64,000 nt of DNA from Candidatus Limnocylindria bacterium (GTDB lineage Bacteria; Chloroflexota; Limnocylindria; P2-11E), in NCBI GenBank assembly GCA_041486085.1, contig JBGPKU010000005.1, positions 16,402 through 80,401 on the forward strand, read 5' to 3'. The position numbers and the translations under genes are program-made. Shown here piece by piece: positions 8,845 through 18,030 of this stretch. The notes below the pieces were generated by a model that was given only the letters and a program-made list of their open reading frames with translations, did not search any database and had not been told where the DNA came from. Each line of letters begins with the position of its first letter. Positions within the stretch are counted from its first letter, which is position 1.

Positions 8845-10634
8845 AGTGCCTCGTCGTCGTCGACGATCCCGAGCGAGCGAGCGCGCTCGTGGGTCTCGGG
8901 GCCAGTCTCGCGTCGGGCGACGAGCTGCAGCTCGTCTCGGTGATCGAGGTCCCCGAGGGCGAGCCGCTCGCGTCCGCACAGCCCGAGGCGAAGCGGCGCC
9001 GGCGCGAGCTCGGCGAGCTCGTGCCCGACGGTTCGGGCGCGCGCACCCACGTGACCGTCGGACGGCAGGGCTGGGACGCGATCCTCGAGCACATCTCGAA
9101 GGAGCGGCCGGATCTCCTCGTGATCGGCTGGCGCCGGCCGGGGTGGGACTTCCTTGGCACGACGGTCGAGGACATCCTGCGGACGCCGCCCTGCGACCTC
9201 GCGGTCGTCAAGGGCGCGTTTCCGCGCGTCCGCCGGATCCTGGTCCCCGTTCGCGGCGGCCGTTACGCGGAGCTCGCGGCGCGCGTCGCGACCGGCTGGG
9301 CGGTCGCGAACAAGGGCAGCGTCACGCTGCTGCATGTGCGCGCCAGCGGATCACGCCGCGCGCCGACCCTCTATCAGCTGCTCGGCGAGCGCGCGCTCGA
9401 CGAACACGTCGAGCGGCTCGTCACGCGCACGGGCGAGCCGGCGGAGGTGATCATCGAGGAGCTCGCGACGCACGACGGCATCGTGTTCGGCGCCACGGGC
9501 CGCGAGAACGCCGAGGACCCGCTCGGCCCGGTGGGGCACGCGATCCTCGACGCCGCGCGCGCCGCGATCATCGTCCGCACCGCCGTCCCTGTCGCGTCAC
9601 CGCCCGTGCGCACGCGGACCGCCCTGCCGCTGGATCGCGCCTCGCGCAGCACGGCGGTGGGCGAGCTCGTCGACGCATGGTTCGTGCGCAACACGTTCAC
9701 CTCGAGCGAGTTCGCGCGCCTCGACAAGCTCGTCGAGGCGAAGCAGCGTCAGGGGCACCGCATCTCGGTCGCCCTCCCCACCCTGAACGAGGAGGCCACG
9801 ATCCGGAAGGTCATCCACGCCATCCGTTCACGCCTGATGGAGCGCGTGCCGCTGGTCGACGAGCTCGTCGTCGTCGATTCGCGCTCCGAGGACCGGACCC
9901 GAGAGATCGCGCGCGAGGAGGGCGTGCCGGTCTTCATCCACGACGAGATCCTTCCGGAGTACGGCTCGTTTCGCGGGAAGGGCGAGGGTCTCTGGAAGAG
10001 CCTCCACGTGACGACCGGCGACCTCGTCGTCTGGATCGACACCGACGTGTCGAACACGCACCCGAAATTCGTCTACGGGATCCTCGGTCCGCTGCTCATG
10101 CGCCCGGAGATCGAATTCGTAAAGGCCTTTTACCAGCGTCCGCTGCGCGTCGGCACCGAGCTCCAGGCCACCGGCGGTGGCCGCGTCACCGAACTCGCCG
10201 CGCGCCCGATCCTGAACCTCTTCTTCCCCGAGCTCTCGGGTCTGGTGCAGCCGCTCTCCGGCGAGCAGGGTGGGCGCCGGGCGCTCCTCGAGCAGCTGCC
10301 GTTCTTCACCGGCTACGGAGTGGAGACCGGCCTGCTCATCGACACCCTCCAGCGCAAGGGACTCGACGCGATCGCGCAGGTGGACATGAAGCAGCGCATC
10401 CACCGGAATCAGACTCTCCTGGCGTTGTCCAAAATGAGCTTCGAGATCCTGCAGGTCGCGCTCCGTCGAGTGGGCGAGGCGCACGGCGCGCGCCTCTGGG
10501 AGGAGGCGAACTCGAGCCTCAAGCTCATCACCGCGAAGGAGGGAAGGCTGCACCTCGAGCTGTACGACATCGGTGCGAACGAGCGTCCGCCGATCATGAC
10601 CGTTCCCGCGTATCGCGCCTCGCACCCGCGTTGA
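8841..10634 (+). CDS. gpgS: Tandem universal-stress-protein domains fused to glucosyl-3-phosphoglycerate synthase
   Basis: The N-terminus has USP-like motifs (DLLVIGW...FLGTTVEDILRTPPCDLAVVK; RILVPVRGG...GIVFGAT). The C-terminus has the GpgS motifs ISVALPTLNEEATI, GKGEGLWKSL, WIDTD, GGGRVTEL, QPLSGE and GYGVETGLLID. Confidence 0.88.
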   Translation: MKCLVVVDDPERASALVGLGASLASGDELQLVSVIEVPEGEPLASAQPEAKRRRRELGELVPDGSGARTHVTVGRQGWDAILEHISKERPDLLVIGWRRPGWDFLGTTVEDILRTPPCDLAVVKGAFPRVRRILVPVRGGRYAELAARVATGWAVANKGSVTLLHVRASGSRRAPTLYQLLGERALDEHVERLVTRTGEPAEVIIEELATHDGIVFGATGRENAEDPLGPVGHAILDAARAAIIVRTAVPVASPPVRTRTALPLDRASRSTAVGELVDAWFVRNTFTSSEFARLDKLVEAKQRQGHRISVALPTLNEEATIRKVIHAIRSRLMERVPLVDELVVVDSRSEDRTREIAREEGVPVFIHDEILPEYGSFRGKGEGLWKSLHVTTGDLVVWIDTDVSNTHPKFVYGILGPLLMRPEIEFVKAFYQRPLRVGTELQATGGGRVTELAARPILNLFFPELSGLVQPLSGEQGGRRALLEQLPFFTGYGVETGLLIDTLQRKGLDAIAQVDMKQRIHRNQTLLALSKMSFEILQVALRRVGEAHGARLWEEANSSLKLITAKEGRLHLELYDIGANERPPIMTVPAYRASHPR

Positions 10635-10668
10635 GGCTCCTGCCAGCTCTCTTTGAGAGCGTCGCGCG

Positions 10669-11517
10669 TTGAAGGTGCTGCGAACGGCGACGGAGGTGCG
10701 TGCATGGCGCGCGATCGCTGGTTCCGTCGCCCTCGTGCCGACGATGGGCGCGTTGCACGCCGGGCACCTGTCGCTCGTGGAGCGCGCGAAGCGCGACAGC
10801 GCTGCGGTGATCGTCTCCATCTTCGTCAATCCCGCCCAGTTCGGACCGCACGAGGATTTCACCAGGTACCCCCGTCGTGAGGCCGAGGACGTCGCGTCGC
10901 TCGAGCGCGCCGGCGCGGCCGCGGCGTTCGTGCCGAGCCTGGCTGAGATGTACCCGCCCGGCGACGCGGCGCGCGTGCAGCCCGGCCCGATCGCGGATCA
11001 GCTCGAGGGCGCGGCGCGCCCTGGGCACTTCGTCGGTGTCGCCACCGTCGTGGTGAAGCTGCTTTCGATCGTGGATCCGGATCGGGCGCTCTTTGGACAG
11101 AAGGACTTCCAGCAGCTGCGCGTCATTCAGACGGTCGCGCGCGACCTTCGCCTCCGCGCTCACATCGTGGGCTGCCCGACGATCCGCGAGCCGGACGGCC
11201 TCGCGCTGTCGTCGCGCAATGCGTACCTGTCGCCGGAGCAGCGCAGGAGCGCGCTCGTCCTGTCGCGCGGCTTGTTCGCGGCACGCGACGAATGGACGAG
11301 AGGCGAGCGCCACCCTGACCGCCTCACGAACGCCGTCCGTGGCAGGGCCGACGATCCGGGCGTCTCGCTCGAGTACGTCTCCGCCGCGGACCCGATCACG
11401 CTCGCGGAGCTCCGCGAGCCGGCCGAGCGGATCGTGCTCTCGCTCGCCGCGCGTGTAGGCACGGCGCGCCTCATCGACAATGCGCTCCTGGGTATGGACG
11501 TGAGCGACCTTTCGTGA
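10669..11517 (+). CDS. panC: Pantoate--beta-alanine ligase
   Basis: Motifs VPTMGALHAGHLSL, SIFVNPAQF, RPGHFVGV, FGQKDFQQ, REPDGLALSSRN and RLIDN are present. Confidence 0.97.
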   Translation: MKVLRTATEVRAWRAIAGSVALVPTMGALHAGHLSLVERAKRDSAAVIVSIFVNPAQFGPHEDFTRYPRREAEDVASLERAGAAAAFVPSLAEMYPPGDAARVQPGPIADQLEGAARPGHFVGVATVVVKLLSIVDPDRALFGQKDFQQLRVIQTVARDLRLRAHIVGCPTIREPDGLALSSRNAYLSPEQRRSALVLSRGLFAARDEWTRGERHPDRLTNAVRGRADDPGVSLEYVSAADPITLAELREPAERIVLSLAARVGTARLIDNALLGMDVSDLS

Positions 11518-12698
11518 GACAGCGAAGCCTCCTGGTGGCGTTCAGCGTCGCCCACTTCGCGCATCACGTGACGAACAGCCTCTTGTCCGCTCTCCTGCCA
11601 TTCATGGTGGGCGACGGGCTGGTGGGGTCGAACACACTCGCGGGCTTCGCCGTGACCGCGTCGGCGGTCGCGTCCGGATTGACCAGTCCGCCCCTGGGTG
11701 TGCTCGCCGATCGCGTCGGCGCCCGCAGGGTCATCGTGGGCGGTCTCCTCTTGATGGGCCTCTCGAGCGTCGCGATCGGACTTTCAGGTGCGTATTGGAT
11801 GCTCCTCCTCGGTCTGCTGGTCATGGGCATCGCGAGCGGTACGTATCACGCGCCGGCGTCCGCGCTCATCGCCGAGACCTTCCCCTTCGCACGGCGCGGC
11901 GTCGCGCTCGGGACGCACACGACCGCGGGACATCTCGCGTTCTTCGCGGCGCCGCTCGTCGCGGGCGCGCTCGCCGCGACCGGCACCTGGCGGCTGCCCT
12001 ACATCAGCTTCGCGATCGCTCCGGTGCTGTGCGCCGTGCTCGTCCTCCGTGTGGCGCCGCAGGGCGCACGCTCCACGGAGGGGCATCAATGGCTCGCGAC
12101 GTTCGCCGACATCGGCCGCGTCGCTCGGGCCGTCGGTTCGCTCGTGTCCCTGTCGATCCTGGCGCAGGTGCTCATCTCGAGCGCGCTGGCGTTCCTGGCG
12201 CTCTACCTCGTGAACGCGCGCGGCGTGTCGCCACCGGACGCCGCAGGTCTCTTCGGCGAACAGCAGCTCGCCGGATTGTTCGCGGCGCCCAAGTCCGGTG
12301 TGCTGTCCGACCGCTTCGGCCGGCCGGCGATCCTGCTCGGCGCGCTCATCGTCAGCGGACCCGCGCTCTGGCTGCTCACGGTGACGCCCGTGGAGCTCAT
12401 CGTGATCCCGCTGCTGCTCATCGGAGCGTGCCTTTCATTCCGCGCGACGACGACCGAGGTCCTGATCATCGACAACACACCGGTGACGAAGCGCTCGACC
12501 GTCCTGGGAACCTACTACCTCATCAATCAGCCCGTCGGTGGCATCGCGGCACCGATCTTCGGCGCGGTCGCGGACTCCGCCGGCCTGGAGACGGCGTTCT
12601 CGTGGCTGGCCCTCGTCTTCGTCGGGCTCTCGATCATCGCGCTCGTAGCCTCCGCTACGGGTGCAGCGCGGATACGAGCAGCGTCATCGCCTGGTTGA
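11514..12698 (+). CDS. MFS transporter
   Basis: About 12 hydrophobic segments, with MFS motif A as GVLADRVGARR and GVLSDRFGRP. Confidence 0.9.
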   Translation: MRQRSLLVAFSVAHFAHHVTNSLLSALLPFMVGDGLVGSNTLAGFAVTASAVASGLTSPPLGVLADRVGARRVIVGGLLLMGLSSVAIGLSGAYWMLLLGLLVMGIASGTYHAPASALIAETFPFARRGVALGTHTTAGHLAFFAAPLVAGALAATGTWRLPYISFAIAPVLCAVLVLRVAPQGARSTEGHQWLATFADIGRVARAVGSLVSLSILAQVLISSALAFLALYLVNARGVSPPDAAGLFGEQQLAGLFAAPKSGVLSDRFGRPAILLGALIVSGPALWLLTVTPVELIVIPLLLIGACLSFRATTTEVLIIDNTPVTKRSTVLGTYYLINQPVGGIAAPIFGAVADSAGLETAFSWLALVFVGLSIIALVASATGAARIRAASSPG

Positions 12699-13482
12699 GC
12701 GGAGCTTCCACGCCGCGCCGCTGACCCTCGCGGTACACGGCGCCACAGATCGCGTCGATCTCGGTCGCTCGCTTCGCCTCGACGTCCTGGAGCATCGAGC
12801 TCCGATTCGCGCCGGTGAGCTGCGCCATGTCGCGCCACCACTTCACCGCATCGTCCTCCGGCATCAGCACGCCGCTCGCCGTCGCGACGCGCGCGACCTC
12901 CCGCGCGAGGGCGTCGGCGATGCGCGCGGCGGCCGCATCGTTCAGGAGCTCCGAGTTGACGCAGCCGAGCAACGCGGTCGTCGGGTTCACCGCCGCGTTG
13001 GTCGCGACCTTTCGCCACACCGACGGCCACGGATCCGCGGGCACGGTGACGGTCATTCCCCCGTCTGCGAGCAGTCCCGCGAGCTCTTCAAGGTCATGAT
13101 TCCCGGTGCCATCAGTGGCTCCAAGCTCGATCCGGCCAGGACCGGTCGCGAGCAGCTTGTTCTGCTCATCAAGGCGCGCACCGACATAGATGACGCCGAC
13201 CGCCGCGCGAGCGCCGCCCACGGCCTCGCGGAGGATCTCGAAGTTGCCCAGGCCGTTCTGGATCGTCACCGCGTAACCGTCGCCCTTCACCACTCGTTTC
13301 GCGACGTTGGCGGCCCAGGCCGTGCCGTGCGTCTTCACGCACACGATCGCGGCGTCGACCCGCTTCTCGCCACCTCGAAGTGGTGCTTTCGTGCGATCGA
13401 TGATCACGAGCTCGGCGCGCCCACTCAGTGCGCGCTCGACGACGTGACCGATCGCCCCGTATCCAATGATCGCTACGCGCAC
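12655..13482 (-). CDS. panE: 2-dehydropantoate 2-reductase
   Basis: Motifs IIGYGAIG, IQNGLG, WRKVATNAAVNP and SSMLQDVEAKRATEIDAICG are present. Confidence 0.92.
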   Translation of the reverse strand: MRVAIIGYGAIGHVVERALSGRAELVIIDRTKAPLRGGEKRVDAAIVCVKTHGTAWAANVAKRVVKGDGYAVTIQNGLGNFEILREAVGGARAAVGVIYVGARLDEQNKLLATGPGRIELGATDGTGNHDLEELAGLLADGGMTVTVPADPWPSVWRKVATNAAVNPTTALLGCVNSELLNDAAAARIADALAREVARVATASGVLMPEDDAVKWWRDMAQLTGANRSSMLQDVEAKRATEIDAICGAVYREGQRRGVEAPLNQAMTLLVSALHP

Positions 13483-13531
13483 GAGCGACCAGCCATTCGC
13501 ACGCGCCTCGTTCCGTGCGCCGAGGGTCTCG

Positions 13532-14440
13532 TCACACGGCTCTTGGACGCGAGAGGCCCTGCCGCAGCGCGTCGAGCTCTGACTCCTTCATCGTGAAGCT
13601 GTGCTCGGCGTCGGGGAATTTCCCTGAGCGCACCTCCGCATCGAACGCCTGCAACGCCTCGACGACCTGTGCGCCGATGTCGGCGTATCGCTTGGCGAAC
13701 TTCGGCTTGAAGTCCCCATACAGCCCGAGGACGTCGTGGAGCACGAGCACCTGGCCGTCGCAGTCGATGCCCGCACCGATGCCGATGGTCGGGATGTGGA
13801 GGCGCTCCGTCACCATCGCGGCGACCGGCGCCGGGATCGATTCGAGGACGACCGCGAAGGCTCCGGCATCCTCGAGCGCGATGGCGTCATCGATGAGGCG
13901 CCGCGCGGCGCGTGCGCTCTTCGCCTGCGTCTTGAAGCCGCCGAGCTGCGCGACGCGCTGGGGTGTGAGGCCGACGTGCGCCATCACCGAGATGCCGTTT
14001 TCGACCAGCGCCTTCACGGTGTCGACCGTCTCGTGGCCGCCCTCGATCTTCACCGCGTCCATACCGGCTTCCTTCAGGAAGCGGGCGGCGTTCCGCAGCG
14101 CGTCCTGCGGACCGGTCTGGTACGAGCCGAAGGGCATGTCGCCGATGAGCAGCGGGCGCGTCGCGCCGCGCGAGACGGCCGCGGCGTGGCGGACCATGTC
14201 GTCCATCGTCACCGGCACCGTGTTCGGGTATCCGAGCACGACCATTCCGAGCGAGTCCCCGACGAGGAGCACGTCGATTCCCGCGCGATCGACGAGGCGC
14301 GCGAATGCCGCGTCGTACGCGGTCATCATGGTGATGCGCTTGCCGGACTGCTTCATCGCGACGACGTCGGGAACGGTGAGCTTCTTCTGTGGCACCGCGG
14401 CACCGCCGTAGGCGGATACGTCTGCCAGCTTCTCGCCCAT
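13532..14440 (-). CDS. panB: 3-methyl-2-oxobutanoate hydroxymethyltransferase
   Basis: Motifs TAYDA, LVGDSLGMV, GDMPFGSY, AVKIEGG, HVGLTPQ and TIGIGAG...DGQVLV are present. Confidence 0.97.
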   Translation of the reverse strand: MGEKLADVSAYGGAAVPQKKLTVPDVVAMKQSGKRITMMTAYDAAFARLVDRAGIDVLLVGDSLGMVVLGYPNTVPVTMDDMVRHAAAVSRGATRPLLIGDMPFGSYQTGPQDALRNAARFLKEAGMDAVKIEGGHETVDTVKALVENGISVMAHVGLTPQRVAQLGGFKTQAKSARAARRLIDDAIALEDAGAFAVVLESIPAPVAAMVTERLHIPTIGIGAGIDCDGQVLVLHDVLGLYGDFKPKFAKRYADIGAQVVEALQAFDAEVRSGKFPDAEHSFTMKESELDALRQGLSRPRAV

Positions 14441-14446
14441 GTCATA

Positions 14447-14502
14447 CCTCCGTCCAGGCCGACTCGCGTCGGTCCCGGCGTCTACCTGAGGATGCTAGCG
14501 GA
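14447..14502 (-). ncRNA. pan RNA motif-like cis-regulatory leader of panB
   Basis: The minus strand reads CG-CCGGG-A-CCGAC-GCGA-GTCGG-CCTGG-A-CG, a hairpin with a bulged A on each arm. It runs into the GGAGG RBS of panB. A weaker similar hairpin lies just upstream. Confidence 0.6.
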
Positions 14503-14562
14503 CGTACAGTCTCGCGGGTGCGGCGCAGAGAGCTTGCCGGTCACATGCAGCGCGCCGAGGGG

Positions 14563-15324
14563 ATGAGCGTCAACCTCTACCTCGACGCTGGCGAGCAGAT
14601 CGCGAAGGGCGCGGGCACGGCCACAAGGCGCATCGACGGCGTCATCTGTCTTGGGGCGAGGAACATCGATGAGCCATTCCTCAACCGGGCGCTCGGGTTC
14701 GGCACCCTCGCCGACGCAACACCCAGCCTGCTCGATCGGATCGAGCGCTTCTACGAGTCGATCGGCAAGCCGCCACGAGTCGCGATGGCGACGGGTAGCG
14801 TGGCGCTCGGCGCGATGCGTCTCCTCGAGCGCCGCGGATACGCGCCCGCCGGCCATCCGGTCCTGACCTACGTCTACGACCGTAAACGTCCGCCCAGCGT
14901 GCCGGCGATCCCGGACCTCGCGATCGAGCGCGTCGGACCGGAGCACGCGACCGTGTACGCGCGGACCAGCTTCGAAAGCTTCAGCGAGCGCGGACCGCAG
15001 TTCGTGCGGATCATCGAGGCCCTCATCCGCTCGCGTCGCCGCGGCGTCCACGCTTTCCTCGGTCGGATCGACGACGAGCCGGCGGCCACCGGCCTGCTCT
15101 TCGACGTGCGGCCGGTCGGTGCGCTCGGCAACGGGAGCGTGCGCCGGAAGTTTCGCGGTCGGGGCCTGCAGCGGGCCCTGCTCGCGCACCGCATCGCCGA
15201 AGGCTGGGCACGAGGCTATCGGCTGTTCTTCAGCGAGACCGAGAACCCGGCGTCCGCGCACAACATGGAGACGGTCGGTTGGCGAAAGCTGTACGACGAG
15301 CAGGACTGGGTGCGGCCTGCCTGA
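14563..15324 (+). CDS. GNAT family N-acetyltransferase
   Basis: The C-terminus has the acetyl-CoA motif VRRKFRGRGLQRALL and NPASAHNMETVGW. The start was moved to ATG 14563. Confidence 0.8.
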   Translation: MSVNLYLDAGEQIAKGAGTATRRIDGVICLGARNIDEPFLNRALGFGTLADATPSLLDRIERFYESIGKPPRVAMATGSVALGAMRLLERRGYAPAGHPVLTYVYDRKRPPSVPAIPDLAIERVGPEHATVYARTSFESFSERGPQFVRIIEALIRSRRRGVHAFLGRIDDEPAATGLLFDVRPVGALGNGSVRRKFRGRGLQRALLAHRIAEGWARGYRLFFSETENPASAHNMETVGWRKLYDEQDWVRPA

Positions 15325-15337
15325 CGCGCCCGCGGAT

Positions 15338-16582
15338 CTAGGACCGGGCCGTGGTCAGACGATCGGCGAGCTTGGTGACGAGCCTGCGAGCGACCTCCGT
15401 CTTGAGGAGCAGGGGCAACGCCTCGACGCCATCCGCGCTCACGAACGTGACGCGATCGGTGTCGCTGCCAAAGACGGAGCCTGCCTCGCTGATGTCGTTC
15501 GCGACGACCAGGTCGAGCTTCTTGTCGCGAAGCATGCGCTCGGCCTCCTTCGTCGCGTCGCCGGTCTCAGCTTTGAAGCCGACGACGATCGTGCCGGGCT
15601 TGCGCGCCGCGACCACGGCCTTCAGCACGTCGGGGTTTTCGGTCATCTTGATCGTGAGCTCGGAGCCGGCGTCGCGCTTCTTGAGCTTTCGCACCGAGGT
15701 CTCCGTCGGCCGGTAGTCCGCGACGGCCGCGGCCATCACGACCGCGTCGGCCTCGGGAAGCAGCGCGAGCACGGCGTCCTTCATGTCCTCGGCGCTCTCC
15801 ACGGCGATCGTGCGCACGCCTGGCGACGCGGTCAGCGCGGTCGGCCCGGTGATGAGAGTGACATCGGCGCCCGCGCGCCGAGCCGCATCGGCGATGGCAT
15901 AACCCATCTTGCCGCTCGAGCGATTCGAGACGAAGCGCACCGGGTCGATCGCCTCGACCGTCGGCCCTGCCGTCACGATGATCCTGCGGCCGGCGAGCGC
16001 CGCCTCGTTGAGCGGCTCGGTGTGCGCCGGCGTTCCCAGCGCATCGATGATCGCAGCCTCGATGCGCTCCAGAGACGCGAGACGCCCGGGACCGACGTCG
16101 CCGGACGCCAGCGGGCCTGACTCGGGGTCGACGACACGCACGCCACGGGCACGAAGCCGCGCGACGTTGTCGCGCGTCGCGGCGTTCTGCCACATGTGCG
16201 TCTCCATCGCCGGTGCGACGATGACCGGCGCCTCGGTGGCCAGCACCGTCGTCGCGATGAGATCGTCCGCCAGACCGCCCGCGAGCTTGGCGAGCACGTG
16301 GGCCGTCGCCGGCGCGACGACCACGATGTCCGCCTGCCGGCCCATCGCGATGTGACCTGCGGCGCGTTCGTCCTGGATCTGGAACATCTCGACCTCGACC
16401 GGGCGGTACGTCAACGCCTGGAACGTGAGCGGCCGCACGAATTCCGTGGCCGAGCGGCTCATCACGACCTGCACCGTCGCACCGGCCTGTGTGAGGCGGC
16501 GTGCCAGCTCGATCGACTTGTACGCGGCGATCGAGCCGGTGACGCCGAGCACGACGAAGCGGCCGCGCAGCGCGTCGTTCAC
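15338..16582 (-). CDS. coaBC: Bifunctional phosphopantothenoylcysteine decarboxylase / phosphopantothenate--cysteine ligase
   Basis: Motifs [52 protein letters not shown] and VGFKAET are present. Confidence 0.97.
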   Translation of the reverse strand: MNDALRGRFVVLGVTGSIAAYKSIELARRLTQAGATVQVVMSRSATEFVRPLTFQALTYRPVEVEMFQIQDERAAGHIAMGRQADIVVVAPATAHVLAKLAGGLADDLIATTVLATEAPVIVAPAMETHMWQNAATRDNVARLRARGVRVVDPESGPLASGDVGPGRLASLERIEAAIIDALGTPAHTEPLNEAALAGRRIIVTAGPTVEAIDPVRFVSNRSSGKMGYAIADAARRAGADVTLITGPTALTASPGVRTIAVESAEDMKDAVLALLPEADAVVMAAAVADYRPTETSVRKLKKRDAGSELTIKMTENPDVLKAVVAARKPGTIVVGFKAETGDATKEAERMLRDKKLDLVVANDISEAGSVFGSDTDRVTFVSADGVEALPLLLKTEVARRLVTKLADRLTTARS

Positions 16583-17349
16583 ACGTTCAGCTCGTACAGG
16601 AGCCGGAGACCCTCGAGGGTCAGATCCTCATCCACCGTCTCGATGCCTTTGGCGAGCGGTGCGATGGTCGGCGCCAGGCCGCCGGTCGCGATGACCCGCG
16701 GCGCGGCCGGGAGCTCCGCGACGATGCGCGCGAGGAGCCCCTCGACGAGGCCGACGTAGCCGAAGACGATGCCCGAGCGCAGGCAGTCGGCGGTGTTCTT
16801 TCCGATCGCCGTCGCCGGTGGCGTGAGCGCGACGCGGAACAGGCGCGAGGCGCGGCCAAACAGCGACTCCGCCGAGAGCTCGAGTCCCGGCGCGAACGAC
16901 CCACCGAGAAAGTCTCCGTCCTCGCTGACGACATCGAAGTTCGTCGTGGTACCGAAGTCGACGACCACCGCGGGACCGCCGTAGCGGCGGTGGGCCGCGA
17001 GCGTGTTGGCGATGCGGTCCGCGCCGACCTCCGCCGGGTTGTCGACGCGCAGGCGCACCCCCGTCTTGACCCCGGGACCGACGATGAACGCGGGCCGCTC
17101 GAGGTAGCGTTCTGCGAGTCTCGTGAACGCCTGCGTGAGCGGCGGCACGACGCTGCCCACCACCAGCGCGTCGAGCTCGGCCAGGGCGAGGTCCTCCTGC
17201 TCGAGCAGGGCGTCGATCGAGACGGCGAGCTCGTCCTCGGTCCGGTCGTGCACGGTCGCCAGGCGCCAGGTGCGAAGCAGCTTCGCGTTCTCGTAGACGC
17301 CGAGGACGACGTTGGTGTTGCCGACATCGACCACGAGCACGCTTGTCAC
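16579..17349 (-). CDS. coaX: Type III pantothenate kinase
   Basis: Motifs [32 protein letters not shown] and LTLEGL are present. Confidence 0.96.
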   Translation of the reverse strand: MTSVLVVDVGNTNVVLGVYENAKLLRTWRLATVHDRTEDELAVSIDALLEQEDLALAELDALVVGSVVPPLTQAFTRLAERYLERPAFIVGPGVKTGVRLRVDNPAEVGADRIANTLAAHRRYGGPAVVVDFGTTTNFDVVSEDGDFLGGSFAPGLELSAESLFGRASRLFRVALTPPATAIGKNTADCLRSGIVFGYVGLVEGLLARIVAELPAAPRVIATGGLAPTIAPLAKGIETVDEDLTLEGLRLLYELNV

Positions 17350-17350
17350 G

Positions 17351-17872
17351 TCAATCGTTCGCTTCGGTCGCGCCGGTGCGCAGGCCTCCCTGCCCCGAGT
17401 GCGCCTTGAGCGCCTTCGCGACGTTGGCCGGCACGAACTTGTCGACAGGCGCGCCGAAGGCGACGAGCTCCTTGACGCGCGACGCGGACAGAAAGAGGAA
17501 CTCCGGCGCCGTCATCAGGTAGACCATCTCGATGCTTGGCGCGAGCGTCCGGTTCATGTTCCCCATCTCGAACTCGAACTCGAAGTCCGACAGGGCGCGG
17601 ATCCCGCGGATGATGAACGTGGCGCCGCACTCCTTGGCGAAGTCCACCTGCAGCCCCTCGAACGAGCGGGCCTCGACGTTGCTCCACTTCTTGCACGCGT
17701 CGCGCATGAGGGCAACGCGCTCGTCCGCATCGAACACCGTCTTCTTCGTGAGATTGCGGCCGACGCCGACCACGACCAGGTCGAAGAGACGCGATGACCG
17801 CGCCACGATGTCGAGGTGACCGTTCGTCGGCGGGTCGAATGAGCCGGGGTAGATAGCCACGCGCGCGCTCAT
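17351..17872 (-). CDS. coaD: Pantetheine-phosphate adenylyltransferase
   Basis: Motifs AIYPGSFDPPTNGHLDI, IRGIRALSDFEFE and LSASRVKE are present. A GAGGAGG RBS precedes ATG 17872. Confidence 0.97.
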   Translation of the reverse strand: MSARVAIYPGSFDPPTNGHLDIVARSSRLFDLVVVGVGRNLTKKTVFDADERVALMRDACKKWSNVEARSFEGLQVDFAKECGATFIIRGIRALSDFEFEFEMGNMNRTLAPSIEMVYLMTAPEFLFLSASRVKELVAFGAPVDKFVPANVAKALKAHSGQGGLRTGATEAND

Positions 17873-18030
17873 GACGGTCGCGCCTCCTCTTCCATGTGGC
17901 CTCGGTAGTGCACGCCGCTCGGCATCGTAGCGCCTAGAGCCCGCGAACCGGTGCTGGTCGCGTGCCATCGGGCCGCGAGGGCGCGCCGGCCGGAACCAGC
18001 GAAGCACGCCGCGGCCCTATCGGAGCGCCT

